Part shown: one piece after another, positions 37,316-51,800 of the stretch
Layout: the number at the start of each line of letters is the position of its first letter
How positions within the stretch are numbered: position 1 is the first letter of the stretch
DNA from: Eledone cirrhosa
Lineage: Eukaryota
DNA length: 64,000 bases
Reading direction: 5' to 3'
NCBI GenBank assembly: GCA_964016885.1
Contig: CAXHJY010000489.1
Location: 128,298-192,297 of the forward strand
The notes under the pieces: generated by a model
Database searches by the model: none
What the model saw: the letters and a program-made list of their open reading frames with translations, nothing else
What the model was told of the DNA's origin: nothing
Program-made: the position numbers and the translations under genes

Positions 37316-37604
37316 AGCGTAAAGCAAACAATTATTATTATTATTATATAAAAACTGAACTGGACTCGGAAAAGTCAACAGTTGACATGATTTTGATTTT
37401 GTATCAGTACTGCCGGTAATATATATATATATATATGTGTGTTTGTGAGTGGTGTGTGTGTTGTATGCATGAATGAGTGTTGGTATGTGAGTGGCGTGTG
37501 TGTTTGTGGTTTCTATGCATGAGTGTTGGTGTGTGAGTGTGTGTGTGTGTGTGTGTGTCGTGTCAATAAGTGGGGGGTTTTTTGGAGGGGGGGGGGGGGG
37601 GGGT

Positions 37605-40600
37605 TAATGACCATGCTGAAAAATGGAGGGATAGAGAGGGCCCTTGAGTCTAGTAAGACATCCTCTCTAGTGCTGGTGGCACAAATAAAAGCACCCAGTC
37701 CATGCTGTGAAGTGGCGCTGGTGTTAGGAAGGGCATCCAACCAGTGTATCAATGCCAAAACGCTTATCAGCACAGCAACAAATAGGAACAACAACAAAAT
37801 ATGAAGACGTCGCATCTCAGAATTGCAACACTTAATGTTGGTACTCTCACACGTAGATCTGCTGAAATAGCGGAGATGCTGGAGAGAAGGCATGTGGATG
37901 TGTGCTTCGTGCAAGAGGTGAGATGGAGAGGTGCCTCTGCGAGACTAGTCGTAGGCAAACGTCTTAGCTATAAGCTATTCTGGGTAGGTAAGGATGATGG
38001 GTTAGAGGGAGTAGGCATTTTCCTGGCTGAGAAATGGATCAATAAGACAATAGAGGTAGTTCGAGTTAGTAATCGAATAATTAAGCTTAGATTAGTTGTA
38101 GGCAGGAGACTACTGACAATCATCTCGGCCTATGCTCCTCAAGCAGGCCTAGGCAAAGATGAGAAAGACTGCTTTTACGAGCAACTTTTACAAACAACCG
38201 CAATGACAGAGGACGGAGACATCGTTATGCTAGCAGGAGACTTCAATGGTCATGTTGGACAGCTCCAGGATGGTTACACTGGGGTACATGGTGGACACGG
38301 TTACGGCTCAAGAAATGAAGAAGGAGTGAGACTTCTTGAATTTTGTGATGCAGGTACATTGACTATTTGCAACACAAACTTCCAGAAACCTGCCAATCAC
38401 CTAATAACCTACAAATCTGGTGAGCACATAAGCCAGATTGACTTCTTACTAGTTAGGCAGCGGGACAGGAAGATAGTGTCTAATACCAAGGCATACCCTG
38501 GGGAAGAATGTACCCCACAGTAGGTTAGTCGTTAGTGATATCTCAGTAAGCAAGAGATGGAATGAGACATACAGGAAGGTGTGGAGAAGAAAGGTCTGGA
38601 AGCTAAAAAACCTTTCACTAAAATACAAATTTAGGAAAGCCCTTCAAGATGTATATGACGAAAAAGAAGACGATTTAGAGACGTATGACATAGATAATAA
38701 CTGGAATTTCTTACGTGACAACTTGCTGCAGGCTACTGATGAAACTTGTGGCTGGAGCAGGGCTCCAACCAGACAGAGAGTGACCTGGTGGTGGAACAAC
38801 ACAGTAGATAAGGCCATTAGAGACAAAAGACTAGCATGGAAGGCTTGGAAAAAGGGTGGGAGTAGGGAAGAATATACAGCCACTAAGAGAGAAGCTAGAC
38901 GTCAGGTGTACTTAGCACGCAGGGAGGCGGAGAGTAGGAGGTTTGCCAATGTTCTGCGACGGGAAGATCAGAGGCGTGTGGTGTTCCACATTGCAAGGCA
39001 GTGTGTCAATGCAAATCAGGATGTTGTTGGAGATAAATGTGTCCGGGATGATGCCGGTGTACTTAGTGTAACGAATGATCAGAAAAAGGAGGCCTGTAAA
39101 TGTCATTATGAGAGACTGATGAATGTGGAGAACGAATGGGAGAGAGAGAAATTACCCTCAGTAGATCCGACAGAGGGACCAGCTATTGAGATTGACGAAT
39201 ATAGGGTCCAAGAGGCGATTAAGGAAGTGAAAAATGGTAAGGCTGCTGGACAATAGGGAATAGTTGCTGAGATGCTGAAGGCATCAGGAAACGTAGGCAC
39301 TAAACTGGTTGCACGCATCATCAATCAGGCTATATATGGTGGTGTCATACCCAAAGACTGGTGCAGCAGTATTCTCATAAATTGCTACAAAGGTAAAGGG
39401 GATGCTCTGGAGAGGAGCAATTATAGGGGTATGAAATTGATGGATCAGGTTATGAAAGTGGCAGAAAGGATATTAGCACAACTAATTAGAGAAAGGGTCA
39501 AACTAGATGAGATGCAGTTTGGTTTTGTGCCTGGGAAGAGTACAACAGATGCCTTCTTCTTGGTGAGACAATTGCAAGAGAGGTTCTTAGAGAAAAATAA
39601 GCCACTATACTTAGCCTTTGTTGACCTAGAGAAGACCTTTGATAGGGTACCCCGATCTGTCATCTGGTGGTCCCTAAGGAAACTAGGTGTAGAGGAATGT
39701 CTTGTGAGGACAGTGCAACCTTTGTACAGCGGTACTCTCAATAAATTCTGGGTAGGAATGGAGTTTAGTGAGGAATTCCAGATACAAGTAGGAGTACATC
39801 AAGGTTCGGTCCTCAGCCCGCTCTTGTTCATTATAGTCCTCCAAGCCATAACAGAGGAGTTGAAGACTGGCTGTCCATGGGAACTTCTCTATGCTGACGA
39901 TCTGGTTCTTATAGCAAAATCAGTAGAGGAGCTAGAGAATAAATTCTGGCTATGGAAACAGCAGTTGGAAGCAAGAGGACTGAGAGTGAACCTAGCTAAG
40001 ACAAAAGTGTTGATGAGTAGAAAAGAGGACAAAACTCTGATTCCGTCAGAGAAAAGGCCATGTTCGATATGCAGAAAAGGAACTGGCATAAATTCTATAA
40101 AATGCACCCAATGCTGATCCTGGGTACACAAGAGATGTAGCGGGATAGCAGGCAAACTAACAGGTAGGGAGAAATATGTATGCAGTAGATGTACAGGAAA
40201 ATTAGACAGTAGAAGTCGCATTGATAAACACATTTTTCAAATGCAGGAGGGTGCTATAGAAGTGGTGGATAGCTTCCGGTACCTTGGAGATCAGATTAGC
40301 ATGGGAGGAGGGTGTTCCGAGGCCATAGTATGTAGAATAAGGATGGGTTGGAAGAAGTTTAGGGAGCTGTTTCCTCTGCTGACGAAGAAGAGTTTTGTCC
40401 CTGCGTACGAAAGGCCGGTTATATGATGCCTGTGTGAGGAGCGCGATGCTGCATGGTAGTGAGAGATGGGCAGCAACTGCAGAGGATATGCGACGGCTGG
40501 AGAGAAATGAGGCAAGCATGCTCCGTTGGATGTGCAGTGTCAATGTACGTGAACGACCCAGCATAAATGTGTTGAGAGAGAAACTGTGTCTGAGAGGGAT

Positions 40601-40869
40601 AGAATGTAGTGTACGGGAGAGGAGACTGAGGTGGTATGGACATGTGATGCGCATGGAGGATGACCGATGGGTGAAGAAGTGCCAGGAAATGCCAGTTGAA
40701 GGAAGTCGTGGTAGAGGTAGACCACGAAAAACATGGGCGGAGGTGGTGAGAACAGACCTCAGATCATTGAAGATCACTGTGGAAATGACGAAGGATCGTA
40801 ATGAGTGGAGAGATACTGTGCTGAATAAGACCCGTCCCACCCTTGCAAGCAGGGAAAAACGGACGTAAA

Positions 40870-40900
<31 letters not shown>
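37605..40900 (+). mobile_element. RTE family A, full-length but with in-frame stops and frameshifts; (gat)n tail
   Basis: ORFs 37801-38523 (APE), 38579-39256, 39272-40117 (RT, YADD) and 40241-40868. The 5' UTR contains ttaggaagggcatcc. Confidence 0.96.
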
Positions 40901-40957
<57 letters not shown>

Positions 40958-41124
40958 TTGGGTTTGCAAGCATGTAGAAAAGGTGCTCAATATCTCATAG
41001 GCCTCCTTCAGTCACTAATGACCTTGTTTTACACCTGGAAAGTTTCTCTCCAAGGCACAAGCCTGGGTAAGGTGTGTTTTTGGAAGACCTGGAGTTGTCC
41101 ATGCACACCTCCTCCTCTCCCCAT

Positions 41125-41292
41125 GACCGATATAGCTTGGCACCAGTGATGTCGCAACTCATTTCTACAGCTGAGTGAATTGAAGCAACATGAAATAAAG
41201 TGTTTTGCTCAAGAATACAATGCATCACCTGGGAATTGAACTCACAATCAGGAGTTTGTGAGTTCAATGCTCTAGCTGCTAAGCCATGCTAT
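41125..41292 (-). mobile_element. tRNA-derived SINE, second family
   Basis: Head catggcttagcagctagagc..gagttcaattcc and core cttgagcaaaacactttatttca..ctcagctgtagaaatgag. Homologous to 55185-55618 and 59090-59210. Confidence 0.7.
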
Positions 41293-41784
41293 GCTCAATA
41301 CCAAAGTAGAGAATATTATACATTTTGGTTCTCAGTGCAAATCACGTCGAGAGTGGCTTTGTCTCTCATCCTTATGGAGTCGATAAAATAAAGTACCAGT
41401 AATGCAATGGGGTTGATTTACTCCCCCACATCGCTAGCCTTGTGCCTATAGTATTATTATATTGCTAAGATTACTCTCTGTTTGATAGGTTCCTGCTGAT
41501 CACAGGAGAGTAGCAACAGTAAACAATGTAATCTAATATATATTGAGGGAGAGAAGGAGTTAACTCTTATTCACATGTAGACCTATATGTATATTTATGC
41601 TCAAGAATCAAGTGCAATGCTTTCACACATAAATGCATATTTAAGTATACACACCAGTAAGTACATGCATAATTACACATGCATGCATTCACATACATAC
41701 ACACGTGTGTATATACTTGCACAGACAGACACACACACAGTAAACAAATATTTAGATATAAACACATTACACATGCTTGTTTGC

Positions 41785-41842
<58 letters not shown>

Positions 41843-41851
41843 ATACATACA

Positions 41852-41902
<51 letters not shown>

Positions 41903-41906
41903 ATAT

Positions 41907-41946
<40 letters not shown>

Positions 41947-41980
41947 ATACACATATATATATATATATATGTGTGTGTAT

Positions 41981-42024
<44 letters not shown>

Positions 42025-42065
42025 ATATACATATATATATATACACGTATATATATATATATGTG

Positions 42066-42144
<79 letters not shown>

Positions 42145-42250
42145 ATATACATATATATATATATATATACATGTGTGTTCACATATGTATGTGTGTCTGC
42201 ATGTGTGTGTGTGTGTGTGCACGCGTGTGTGTATACATGCATACATAAAC
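41785..42250. repeat. Compound (TA)n/(TG)n microsatellite
   Basis: Directly visible. Similar tracts occur at 9815-10170, 14250-14645, 35300-35620 and 61680-62000. Confidence 0.97.
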
Positions 42251-42827
42251 ACACTTATCTTCGCAACAAAATTAATACAGCCTGGCGTGCCGAAAAATTC
42301 ACAGAGATAAGATAGGTTTAAGCCTCATGCAAACCCTCTCCCCACACCCCACACTCACACACACACATATATATATATACATATATACATGCGTATAAAC
42401 AAGCAAGCAGAGATGTGTACACATTAAAACATTTGCACAAATATCAGGTTATTTTGACATGGCGCACTTTCATGTTCACCCCTGAGTTCAAGATACTCAA
42501 TGATGATTGGTGAGAATTTAGAAAGTTTTCTTCCCCTTACTTATCTCAGACATAGAATAAATAAATGAATAAATAAATAAATGCATTATATTTGCTTATA
42601 ATGTCGACACAGGCATTGCTTGACTGTTTAATACTTGCGATGATGGCAATAAAGGTGTGCCCATGGTCAGAAACAGACTGGTCATGCAAACATTTGGTCA
42701 ATGGTGGACTGCTTGGCTGGGTTTTAAAAATATGAAAATAAAATAAAAAGCATCTAAAATAATGTTATGAAGAACTGAAGTTATAGCTGATACCTAAAGA
42801 TTGAAATATAGATTGAAACACCCCTCA

Positions 42828-45800
42828 ACAGTCAGTAAGTTAGTGTGACCTTAGTTGAGCGATGAAATCACACCTCTGGTCCTCAGAAGTCTGTTAGTCA
42901 GTGTCACCTTAGCTGAGAAGTGAAAACACACCTCTGGTCCTCAGTACTCTGTTAGTTAGTGTTACCTTACCTGAGAAGTGAAAACACACCTCTGGTCTTC
43001 AGTATTCTGTTAGTTAGTGTTACCTTAGTTGAGAAGTGAAAACACACCTCTGGTCCTCAGAAGTCTGTTAGTTAGTGTTAAGTTAGCTGAGAAGTGAAAA
43101 CACACCTCTGGTCTACAGTAGTCTGTTAGTTAGTGTTAACTTAGCTGAGAAGTGAAAACACACCTCTGGTCCTCAGTAGTCTGTTAGTTAGTGTCACCTT
43201 AGCTGAGAAGTGAAAACACACCTCTGGTTCTCAGTAGTCTGTAAGTTAGTGTTACCTTAGCTGAGCAGGAAAACACACCTCTGGTCCTCAGTAGTCTGTT
43301 AGTTAGTGTCACCTTAGCTGAGAAGTGAAAACACACCTCTGGTCCTCAGTAGTCTGTTAGTTAGTGTTACCTTAGCAGATAGTGAAAACACACCTCTGGT
43401 CCTCAGTAGTCTGTTAGTTAGTGTTACCTTATCTGAGAAGTGAAAACACACCTCTGGTCCTCAGTAGTCTGTTAGTTAGTGTCACCTTAGCTGAGAAGTG
43501 AAAACACACCTCTGGTCCTCAGTAGTCTGTTAGTTAGTGTTACCTTAGCTGAGAAGTGAAAACACACCTCTGGTCCTCAGTAGTCTGTTAGTTAGTGTTA
43601 CCTTAGCTGAGCAGTGAAAACACACCTCTGGTCCTCAGTAGTCTCTTAGTTAGTGTTACCTTAGCTGAGAAGTGAAAACACACCTCTGGTCCTCAGTAGT
43701 CTGTTAAGCAGTGTCACCTTAGCTGAGAAGGGAAAACACACCTCTGGTCCTCAGTAGTCTGTTAGTTAGTGTTACCTTAGCTGGGAAGTGAAAACACACG
43801 TCTGGTCCTCAGTAGTCTGTTAGGCAGTGTTACCTTAGCTGAGAAGTGAAAACACACCTCTGGTCGTCAGTAGTCTGTTAGGCAGTGTCACCTTAGCTGA
43901 GAAGTGAAAACACACCTCTGGTCCTCAGTAGTCTGTTAGGCAGTGTCACCTTAGCTGAGAAGTGAAAACACACCTCTGGTCCTCAGTAGTCTGTTAGTTA
44001 GTGTTACCTTAGCTGAGAAGTGAAAACACACCTCTCGTCCTCAATAGTCTGTTAGGCAGTGTCACCTTAGCTGAGAAGTGAAAACACACCTCTGGTCCTC
44101 AGAAGTCTGTTAGGCAGTGTCACCTTAGCTGAGAAGTGAAAACACACCTCTGGTCCTCAGTAGTCTGTTAGTTAGTGTTACCTTAGTTGAGAAGTGAAAA
44201 CACACCTCTGGTCCTCAGTAGTCTGTTAGTTAGTGTTACCTTAGCTGAGCAGTGAAAACACACCTCTGGTCCTCAGTAGTCTGTTAGGCAGTGTTACCTT
44301 AGCTGAGCAGTGAAAACACACCTCTGGTCCTCAGTAGTCTGTTAGGCAGTGTTACCTTAGCTGAGAAGTGAAAACACACCTCTGGTCCTCAGTAGTCTGT
44401 TAGGCAGTGTCACCTTAGCTGAGAAGTGAAAACACACCTCTGGTCTTCAGTAGTCTGTTAGTTAGTGTTACCTTAGCTGAGCAGTGAAAACACACCTCTG
44501 GTCCTCAGTAGTCTGTTAGGCAGTGTTACCTTAGCTGAGCAGTGAAAACACACCTCTGGTCCTCAGTAGTCTGTTAGGCAGTGTTACATTAGCTGAGAAG
44601 TGAAAACACACCTCTGGTCCTCAGTAGTCTGTTAAGCAGTGTCACCTTAGCTGAGAAGTGAAAACACACCTCTGGTCCTCAGTAAGTCTGTTAGTTAGTT
44701 TTACCTTAGCTGAGAAGTGAAAACACACCTCTGGTCCTCAGTAGTCTGTTAGTTAGTGTTACCTTAGCTGAGCAGTGAAAACACACCTCTGGTCCTCAGT
44801 AGTCTGTTAGGCAGTGTCACCTTAGCTGAGCAGTGAAAACACACCTCTGGTCCTCAGTAGTCTGTTAGGCAGTGTTACCTTAGCTGAGAAGTGAAAACAC
44901 ACCTCTGGTCCTCAGTAGTCTGTTAGGCAGTGTTACCTTAGTTGAGAAGTGAAAACACACCTCTGGTCCTCAGTAGTCTGTTAGTTAGTGTTACCTTAGT
45001 TGAGAAGTGAAAACACACCTCTGGTCCTGAGTAGTCTGTTAGTTAGTGTTACCTTAGCTGAGCAGTGAAAACACACCTCTGGTTCTCAGTAGTCTGTTAG
45101 GCAGTGTTACCTTAGCTGAGCAGTGAAAACACACCTCTGGTCCTCAGTAGTCTGTTAGGCAGTGTTACCTTAGCTGAGAAGTGAAAACACACCTCTGGTC
45201 GTCAGTAGTCTGTTAAGCAGTGTCACCTTAGCTGAGAAGTGAAAACACACCTCTGGTCCTCAGTAGTCTGTTAGTTAGTGTTACCTTAGCTGAGAAGTGA
45301 AAACACACCTCTGGTCCTCAGTAGTCTGTTAGTTAGTGTTACCTTAGCTGAGCAGTGAAAACACACCTCTGGTCCTCAGTAGTCTGTTAGGCAGTGTCAC
45401 CTTAGCTGAGCAGTAAAAACACACCTCTGGTCCTCAGTAGTCTGTTAGGCAGTGTTACCTTAGCTGAGAAGTGAAAACACACCTCTGGTCCTCAGTAGTC
45501 TGTTAGTTAGTGTTACCTTAGCTGAGAAGTGAAAACACACCTCTGGTCGTCAGTAGTCTGTTAGGCAGTGTCACCTTAGCTGAGAAGTGAAAACACACCT
45601 CTGGTCCTCAGTAGTCTGTTAGGCAGTGTCACCTTAGCTGAGAAGTGAAAACACACCTCTGGTCCTCAGTAGTCTGTTAGTTAGTGTTACCTTAGCTGAG
45701 AAGTGAAAACACACCTCTCGTCCTCAATAGTCTGTTAGGCAGTGTCACCTTAGCTGAGAAGTGAAAACACACCTCTGGTCCTCAGAAGTCTGTTAGGCAG

Positions 45801-48800
45801 TGTCACCTTAGCTGAGAAGTGAAAACACACCTCTGGTCCTCAGTAGTCTGTTAGTTAGTGTTACCTTAGTTGAGAAGTGAAAACACACCTCTGGTCCTCA
45901 GTAGTCTGTTAGTTAGTGTTACCTTAGCTGAGCAGTGAAAACACACCTCTGGTCCTCAGTAGTCTGTTAGGCAGTGTTACCTTAGCTGAGCAGTGAAAAC
46001 ACACCTCTGGTCCTCAGTAGTCTGTTAGGCAGTGTTACCTTAGCTGAGAAGTGAAAACACACCTCTGGTCCTCAGTAGTCTGTTAGGCAGTGTCACCTTA
46101 GCTGAGAAGTGAAAACACACCTCTGGTCTTCAGTAGTCTGTTAGTTAGTGTTACCTTAGCTGAGCAGTGAAAACACACCTCTGGTCCTCAGTAGTCTGTT
46201 AGGCAGTGTTACCTTAGCTGAGCAGTGAAAACACACCTCTGGTCCTCAGTAGTCTGTTAGGCAGTGTTACATTAGCTGAGAAGTGAAAACACACCTCTGG
46301 TCCTCAGTAGTCTGTTAAGCAGTGTCACCTTAGCTGAGAAGTGAAAACACACCTCTGGTCCTCAGTAAGTCTGTTAGTTAGTTTTACCTTAGCTGAGAAG
46401 TGAAAACACACCTCTGGTCCTCAGTAGTCTGTTAGTTAGTGTTACCTTAGCTGAGCAGTGAAAACACACCTCTGGTCCTCAGTAGTCTGTTAGGCAGTGT
46501 CACCTTAGCTGAGCAGTGAAAACACACCTCTGGTCCTCAGTAGTCTGTTAGGCAGTGTTACCTTAGCTGAGAAGTGAAAACACACCTCTGGTCCTCAGTA
46601 GTCTGTTAGGCAGTGTTACCTTAGTTGAGAAGTGAAAACACACCTCTGGTCCTCAGTAGTCTGTTAGTTAGTGTTACCTTAGTTGAGAAGTGAAAACACA
46701 CCTCTGGTCCTGAGTAGTCTGTTAGTTAGTGTTACCTTAGCTGAGCAGTGAAAACACACCTCTGGTTCTCAGTAGTCTGTTAGGCAGTGTTACCTTAGCT
46801 GAGCAGTGAAAACACACCTCTGGTCCTCAGTAGTCTGTTAGGCAGTGTTACCTTAGCTGAGAAGTGAAAACACACCTCTGGTCGTCAGTAGTCTGTTAAG
46901 CAGTGTCACCTTAGCTGAGAAGTGAAAACACACCTCTGGTCCTCAGTAGTCTGTTAGTTAGTGTTACCTTAGCTGAGAAGTGAAAACACACCTCTGGTCC
47001 TCAGTAGTCTGTTAGTTAGTGTTACCTTAGCTGAGCAGTGAAAACACACCTCTGGTCCTCAGTAGTCTGTTAGGCAGTGTCACCTTAGCTGAGCAGTAAA
47101 AACACACCTCTGGTCCTCAGTAGTCTGTTAGGCAGTGTTACCTTAGCTGAGAAGTGAAAACACACCTCTGGTCCTCAGTAGTCTGTTAGTTAGTGTTACC
47201 TTAGCTGAGAAGTGAAAACACACCTCTGGTCCTCAGTAGTCTGTTAGGCAGTGTTACCTTAGCTGAGCAGTGAAAACACACCTCTGGTCCTCAGTAGTCT
47301 GTTAGGCAGTGTCACCTTAGCTGAGAAGTGAAAACACACCTCTGGTCCTCAGTAGTCTGTTAGGCAGTGTTACCTTAGCTGAGAAGTGAAAACACACCTC
47401 TGGTCCTCAGTAGTCTGTTAGTTAGTGTTACCTTAGCTAAGAAGTGAAAACACACCTCTGGTCCTCAGAAGTCTGTTAGGCAGTGTTACCTTAGCTGAGA
47501 AGTGAAAACACACCTCTGGTCCTCAGTAGTCTGTTAGGCAGTGTCACCTTAGCTGAGAAGTGAAAACACACCTCTGGTCTTCAGTAGTCTGTTAGTTAGT
47601 GTCACCTTAGCTGAGAAGTGAAAACACACCTCTGGTCCTCAGTAGTCTGTTAGTTAGTGTTACCTTAGCTGAGAAGTGAAAACACACCGCTGGTCCTCAG
47701 TAGTCTGTTAGTTAGTGTTACCTTAGCTGCGATGTGAAAACACACCTCTGGTCTTCAGTAGTCTGTTAGTTAGTGTCACCTTAGCTGAGAAGTGAAAACA
47801 CACCTCTGGTCCTCAGTAGTCTGTTAGGCAGTGTTACCTTAGCTGCGATGTGAAAACACACCTCTGGTCTTCAGTAGTCTGTTAGTTAGTGTCACCTTAG
47901 CTGAGAAGTGAAAACACACCTCTGGTCTTCAGTAGTCTGTTAGTTAGTGTTACCTTAGCTGAGAAGCGAAAACACACCTCTGGTCCTCAGTAGTCTGTTA
48001 GTTAGTGTTACCTTAGCTGAGAAGTGAAAACACACCTCTCGTCCTCAGTAGTCTGTTAGGCAGTGTTACCTTAGCTGAGAAGTGAAAACACACCTCTGGT
48101 CCTCAGTAGTCTGTTAGGCAGTGTTACCTTAGCTGAGAAGCGAAAACACACCTCTGGTCTTCAGTAGTCTGTTAGTTAGTGTTACCTTAGTTGAGAAGTG
48201 AAAACACACCTCTGGTCCTCAGTAGTCTGTTAGTTAGTGTTACCTTAGTTGAGAAGTGAAAACACACCTCTGGTCCTCAGTAGTCTGTTAGTTAGTGTTA
48301 CCTTAGCTGAGCAGTGAAAACACACCTCTGGTCCTCAGTAGTCTGTTAGGCAGTGTTACCTTAGCTGAGCAGTGAAAACACACCTCTGGTCCTCAGTAGT
48401 CTGTTAGGCAGTGTTACCTTAGCTGAGAAGTGAAAACACACCTCTGGTCCTCAGTAGTCTGTTAGGCAGTGTCACCTTAGCTGAGAAGTGAAAACACACC
48501 TCTGGTCTTCAGTAGTCTGTTAGTTAGTGTTACCTTAGCTGAGCAGTGAAAACACACCTCTGGTCCTCAGTAGTCTGTTAGGCAGTGTTACCTTAGCTGA
48601 GCAGTGAAAACACACCTCTGGTCCTCAGTAGTCTGTTAGGCAGTGTTACCTTAGCTGAGAAGTGAAAACACACCTCTGGTCCTCAGTAGTCTGTTAAGCA
48701 GTGTCACCTTAGCTGAGAAGTGAAAACACACCTCTGGTCCTCAGTAAGTCTGTTAGTTAGTTTTACCTTAGCTGAGAAGTGAAAACACACCTCTGGTCCT

Positions 48801-51800
48801 CAGTAGTCTGTTAGGCAGTGTTACCTTAGCTGAGAAGTGAAAACACACCTCTTGTCTTCAGTAGTCTGTTAGGCAGTGTCACCTTAGCTGAGAAGTGAAA
48901 ACACACCTCTGGTCCTCAGTAGTCTGTTAGGCAGTGTTACCTTAGCTGAGAAGTGAAAACACACCTCTTGTCTTCAGTAGTCTGTTAGGCAGTGTTACCT
49001 TAGCTGAGAAGTGAAAACACACCTCTTGTCTTCAGTAGTCTGTTAGGCAGTGTCACCTTAGCTGAGAAGTGAAAACACACCTCTGGTCCTCAGTAGTCTG
49101 TTAGGCAGTGTTACCTTAGCTGAGAAGTGAAAACACACCTCTTGTCTTCAGTAGTCTGTTAGGCAGTGTTACCTTAGCTGAGAAGTGAAAACACACCTCT
49201 TGTCTTCAGTAGTCTGTTAGGCAGTGTCACCTTAGCTGAGAAGTGAAAACACACCTCTGGTCCTCAGTAGTCTGTTAGTTATTATTACCTTAGCTGAGAA
49301 GTGAAAAGACACCTCTGGTCGTCAGTAGTCTGTTAGGCAGTGTCACCTTAGCTGAGCAGTGAAACTACACTGAAGTGGGTTGATTTTAACTATATCCCGC
49401 CTACAAGTTAGTCTGTTAGGCAGTGTTACCTTAGCTGAGAAGTGAAAACACACCTCTTGTCTTCAGTAGTCTGTTAGGCAGTGTTACCTTAGCTGAGAAG
49501 TGAAAACACACCTCTTGTCTTCAGTAGTCTGTTAGGCAGTGTTACCTTAGCTGAGAAGTGAAAACACACCTCTGGTCCTCAGTAGTCTGTTAGGCAGTGT
49601 CACCTTAGCTGAGAAGTGAAAACACACCTCTGGTCCTCAGTAGTCTGTTAGGCAGTGTTACCTTAGCTGAGAAGTGAAAACACACCTCTTGTCTTCAGTA
49701 GTCTGTTAGGCAGTGTTACCTTAGCTGAGAAGTGAAAACACACCTCTTGTCTTCAGTAGTCTGTTAGGCAGTGTCACCTTAGCTGAGAAGTGAAAACACA
49801 CCTCTGGTCCTCAGTAGTCTGTTAGGCAGTGTTACCTTAGCTGAGAAGTGAAAACACACCTCTTGTCTTCAGTAGTCTGTTAGGCAGTGTTACCTTAGCT
49901 GAGAAGTGAAAACACACCTCTTGTCTTCAGTAGTCTGTTAGGCAGTGTCACCTTAGCTGAGACGTGAAAACACACCTCTGGTCCTCAGTAGTCTGTTAGG
50001 CAGTGTTACCTTAGCTGAGAAGTGAAAACACACCTCTTGTCTTCAGTAGTCTGTTAGGCAGTGTTACCTTAGCTGAGAAGTGAAAACACACCTCTTGTCT
50101 TCAGTAGTCTGTTAGGCAGTGTCACCTTAGCTGAGAAGTGAAAACACACCTCTGGTCCTCAGTAGTCTGTTAGTTATTATTACCTTAGCTGAGAAGTGAA
50201 AACACACCTCTGGTCGTCAGTAGTCTGTTAGGCAGTGTCACCTTAGCTGAGCAGTGAAACTACACTGAAGTGGGTTGATTTTAACTATATCCCGCCTACA
50301 AGTTAGTCTGTTAGGCAGTGTTACCTTAGCTGAGAAGTGAAAACACACCTCTTGTCTTCAGTAGTCTGTTAGGCAGTGTTACCTTAGCTGAGAAGTGAAA
50401 ACACACCTCTTGTCTTCAGTAGTCTGTTAGGCAGTGTCACCTTAGCTGAGAAGTGAAAACACACCTCTGGTCCTCAGTAGTCTGTTAGGCAGTGTTACCT
50501 TAGCTGAGAAGTGAAAACACACCTCTTGTCTTCAGTAGTCTGTTAGGCAGTGTTACCTTAGCTGAGAAGTGAAAACACACCTCTGGTCCTCAGTAGTCTG
50601 TTAGGCAGTGTCACCTTACCTGAGAAGTGAAAACACACCTCTGGTCCTCAGTAGTCTGTTAGTTAGTGTTACCTTAGCTGAGAAGTGAAAACACACCTCT
50701 GGTCGTCAGTAGTCTGTTAGGCAGTGTCACCTTAGCTGAGAAGTGAAAACACACCTCTGATCCTCAGTTGTCTGTTAGTTAGTGTTACCTTAGCTGAGAA
50801 GTGAAAACACACCTCTTGTCTTCAGTAGTCTGTTAGGCAGTGTTACCTTAGCTGAGAAGTGAAAACACACCTCTGGTCCTCAGTAGTCTGCTAGGCAGTG
50901 TTACCTTAGCTGAGAAGTGAAAACACACCTCTGGTCTTCAGTAGTCTGTTAGGCAGTGTTACCTTAGCTGAGAAGTTAAAACACACCTCTGGTCTTCAGT
51001 AGTCTGTTAGGCAGTGTTACCTTAGCTGAGAAGTGAAAACACACCTCTGGTCTTCAGTAGTCTGTTAGGCAGTGTTACCTTAGCTGAGAAGTGAAAACAC
51101 ACCTCTGGTCCTCAGTAGTCTGTTAGTTAGTGTTACCTTAGCTGAGAAGTGAAAACACACCTCTGGTCCTCAGTAGTCTGTTAGTTAATGTTACCTTGCT
51201 GAGAAGTGAAAACACACCTCTGGTCCTCAGTAGTCTGTTAGGCAGTGTCACCTTAGCTGAGAAGTGAAAACACACCTCTGGTCCTCAGTAGTCTGTTAGT
51301 TAGTGTTACCTTAGCTGAGAAGTGAAAACACACCTCTGGTCCTCAGTAGTCTGTTAGGCAGTGTTACCTTAGCTGAGAAGTGAAAACACACCTCTGGTCC
51401 TCAGTTGTCTGTTAGGCAGTGTTACCTTAGCTGAGAAGTGAAAACACACCTCTGGTCCTCAGTAGTCTGTTAGGCAGTGTTACCTTAGCTGAGAAGTGAA
51501 AACACACCTCTGGTCCTCAGTAGTCTGTTAGTTAGTGTTACCTTAGCTGAGAAGTGAAAACACACCTCTGGTCCTCAGTTGTCTGTTAGTTAGTGTTACC
51601 TTAGTTGAGAAGTGAAAACACACCTCTGGTCTTCAGTAGTCTGTTAGGCAGTGTCACCTTAGCTGAGAAGTGAAAACACACCTCTTGTCTTCAGTAGTCT
51701 GTTAGTTAGTGTTACCTTAGCTGAGAAGTGAAAACACACCTCTGGTCTTCAGTAGTCTGTTAGGCAGTGTCACCTTAGCTGAGAAGTGAAAACACACCTC

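Noticed and set aside
42600-42730. Possible exon after a pyrimidine-rich acceptor on the minus strand
   Set aside because: It reads as a decayed RT-like fragment (QSTIDQMFA*), has no convincing donor, and stops early in two frames.
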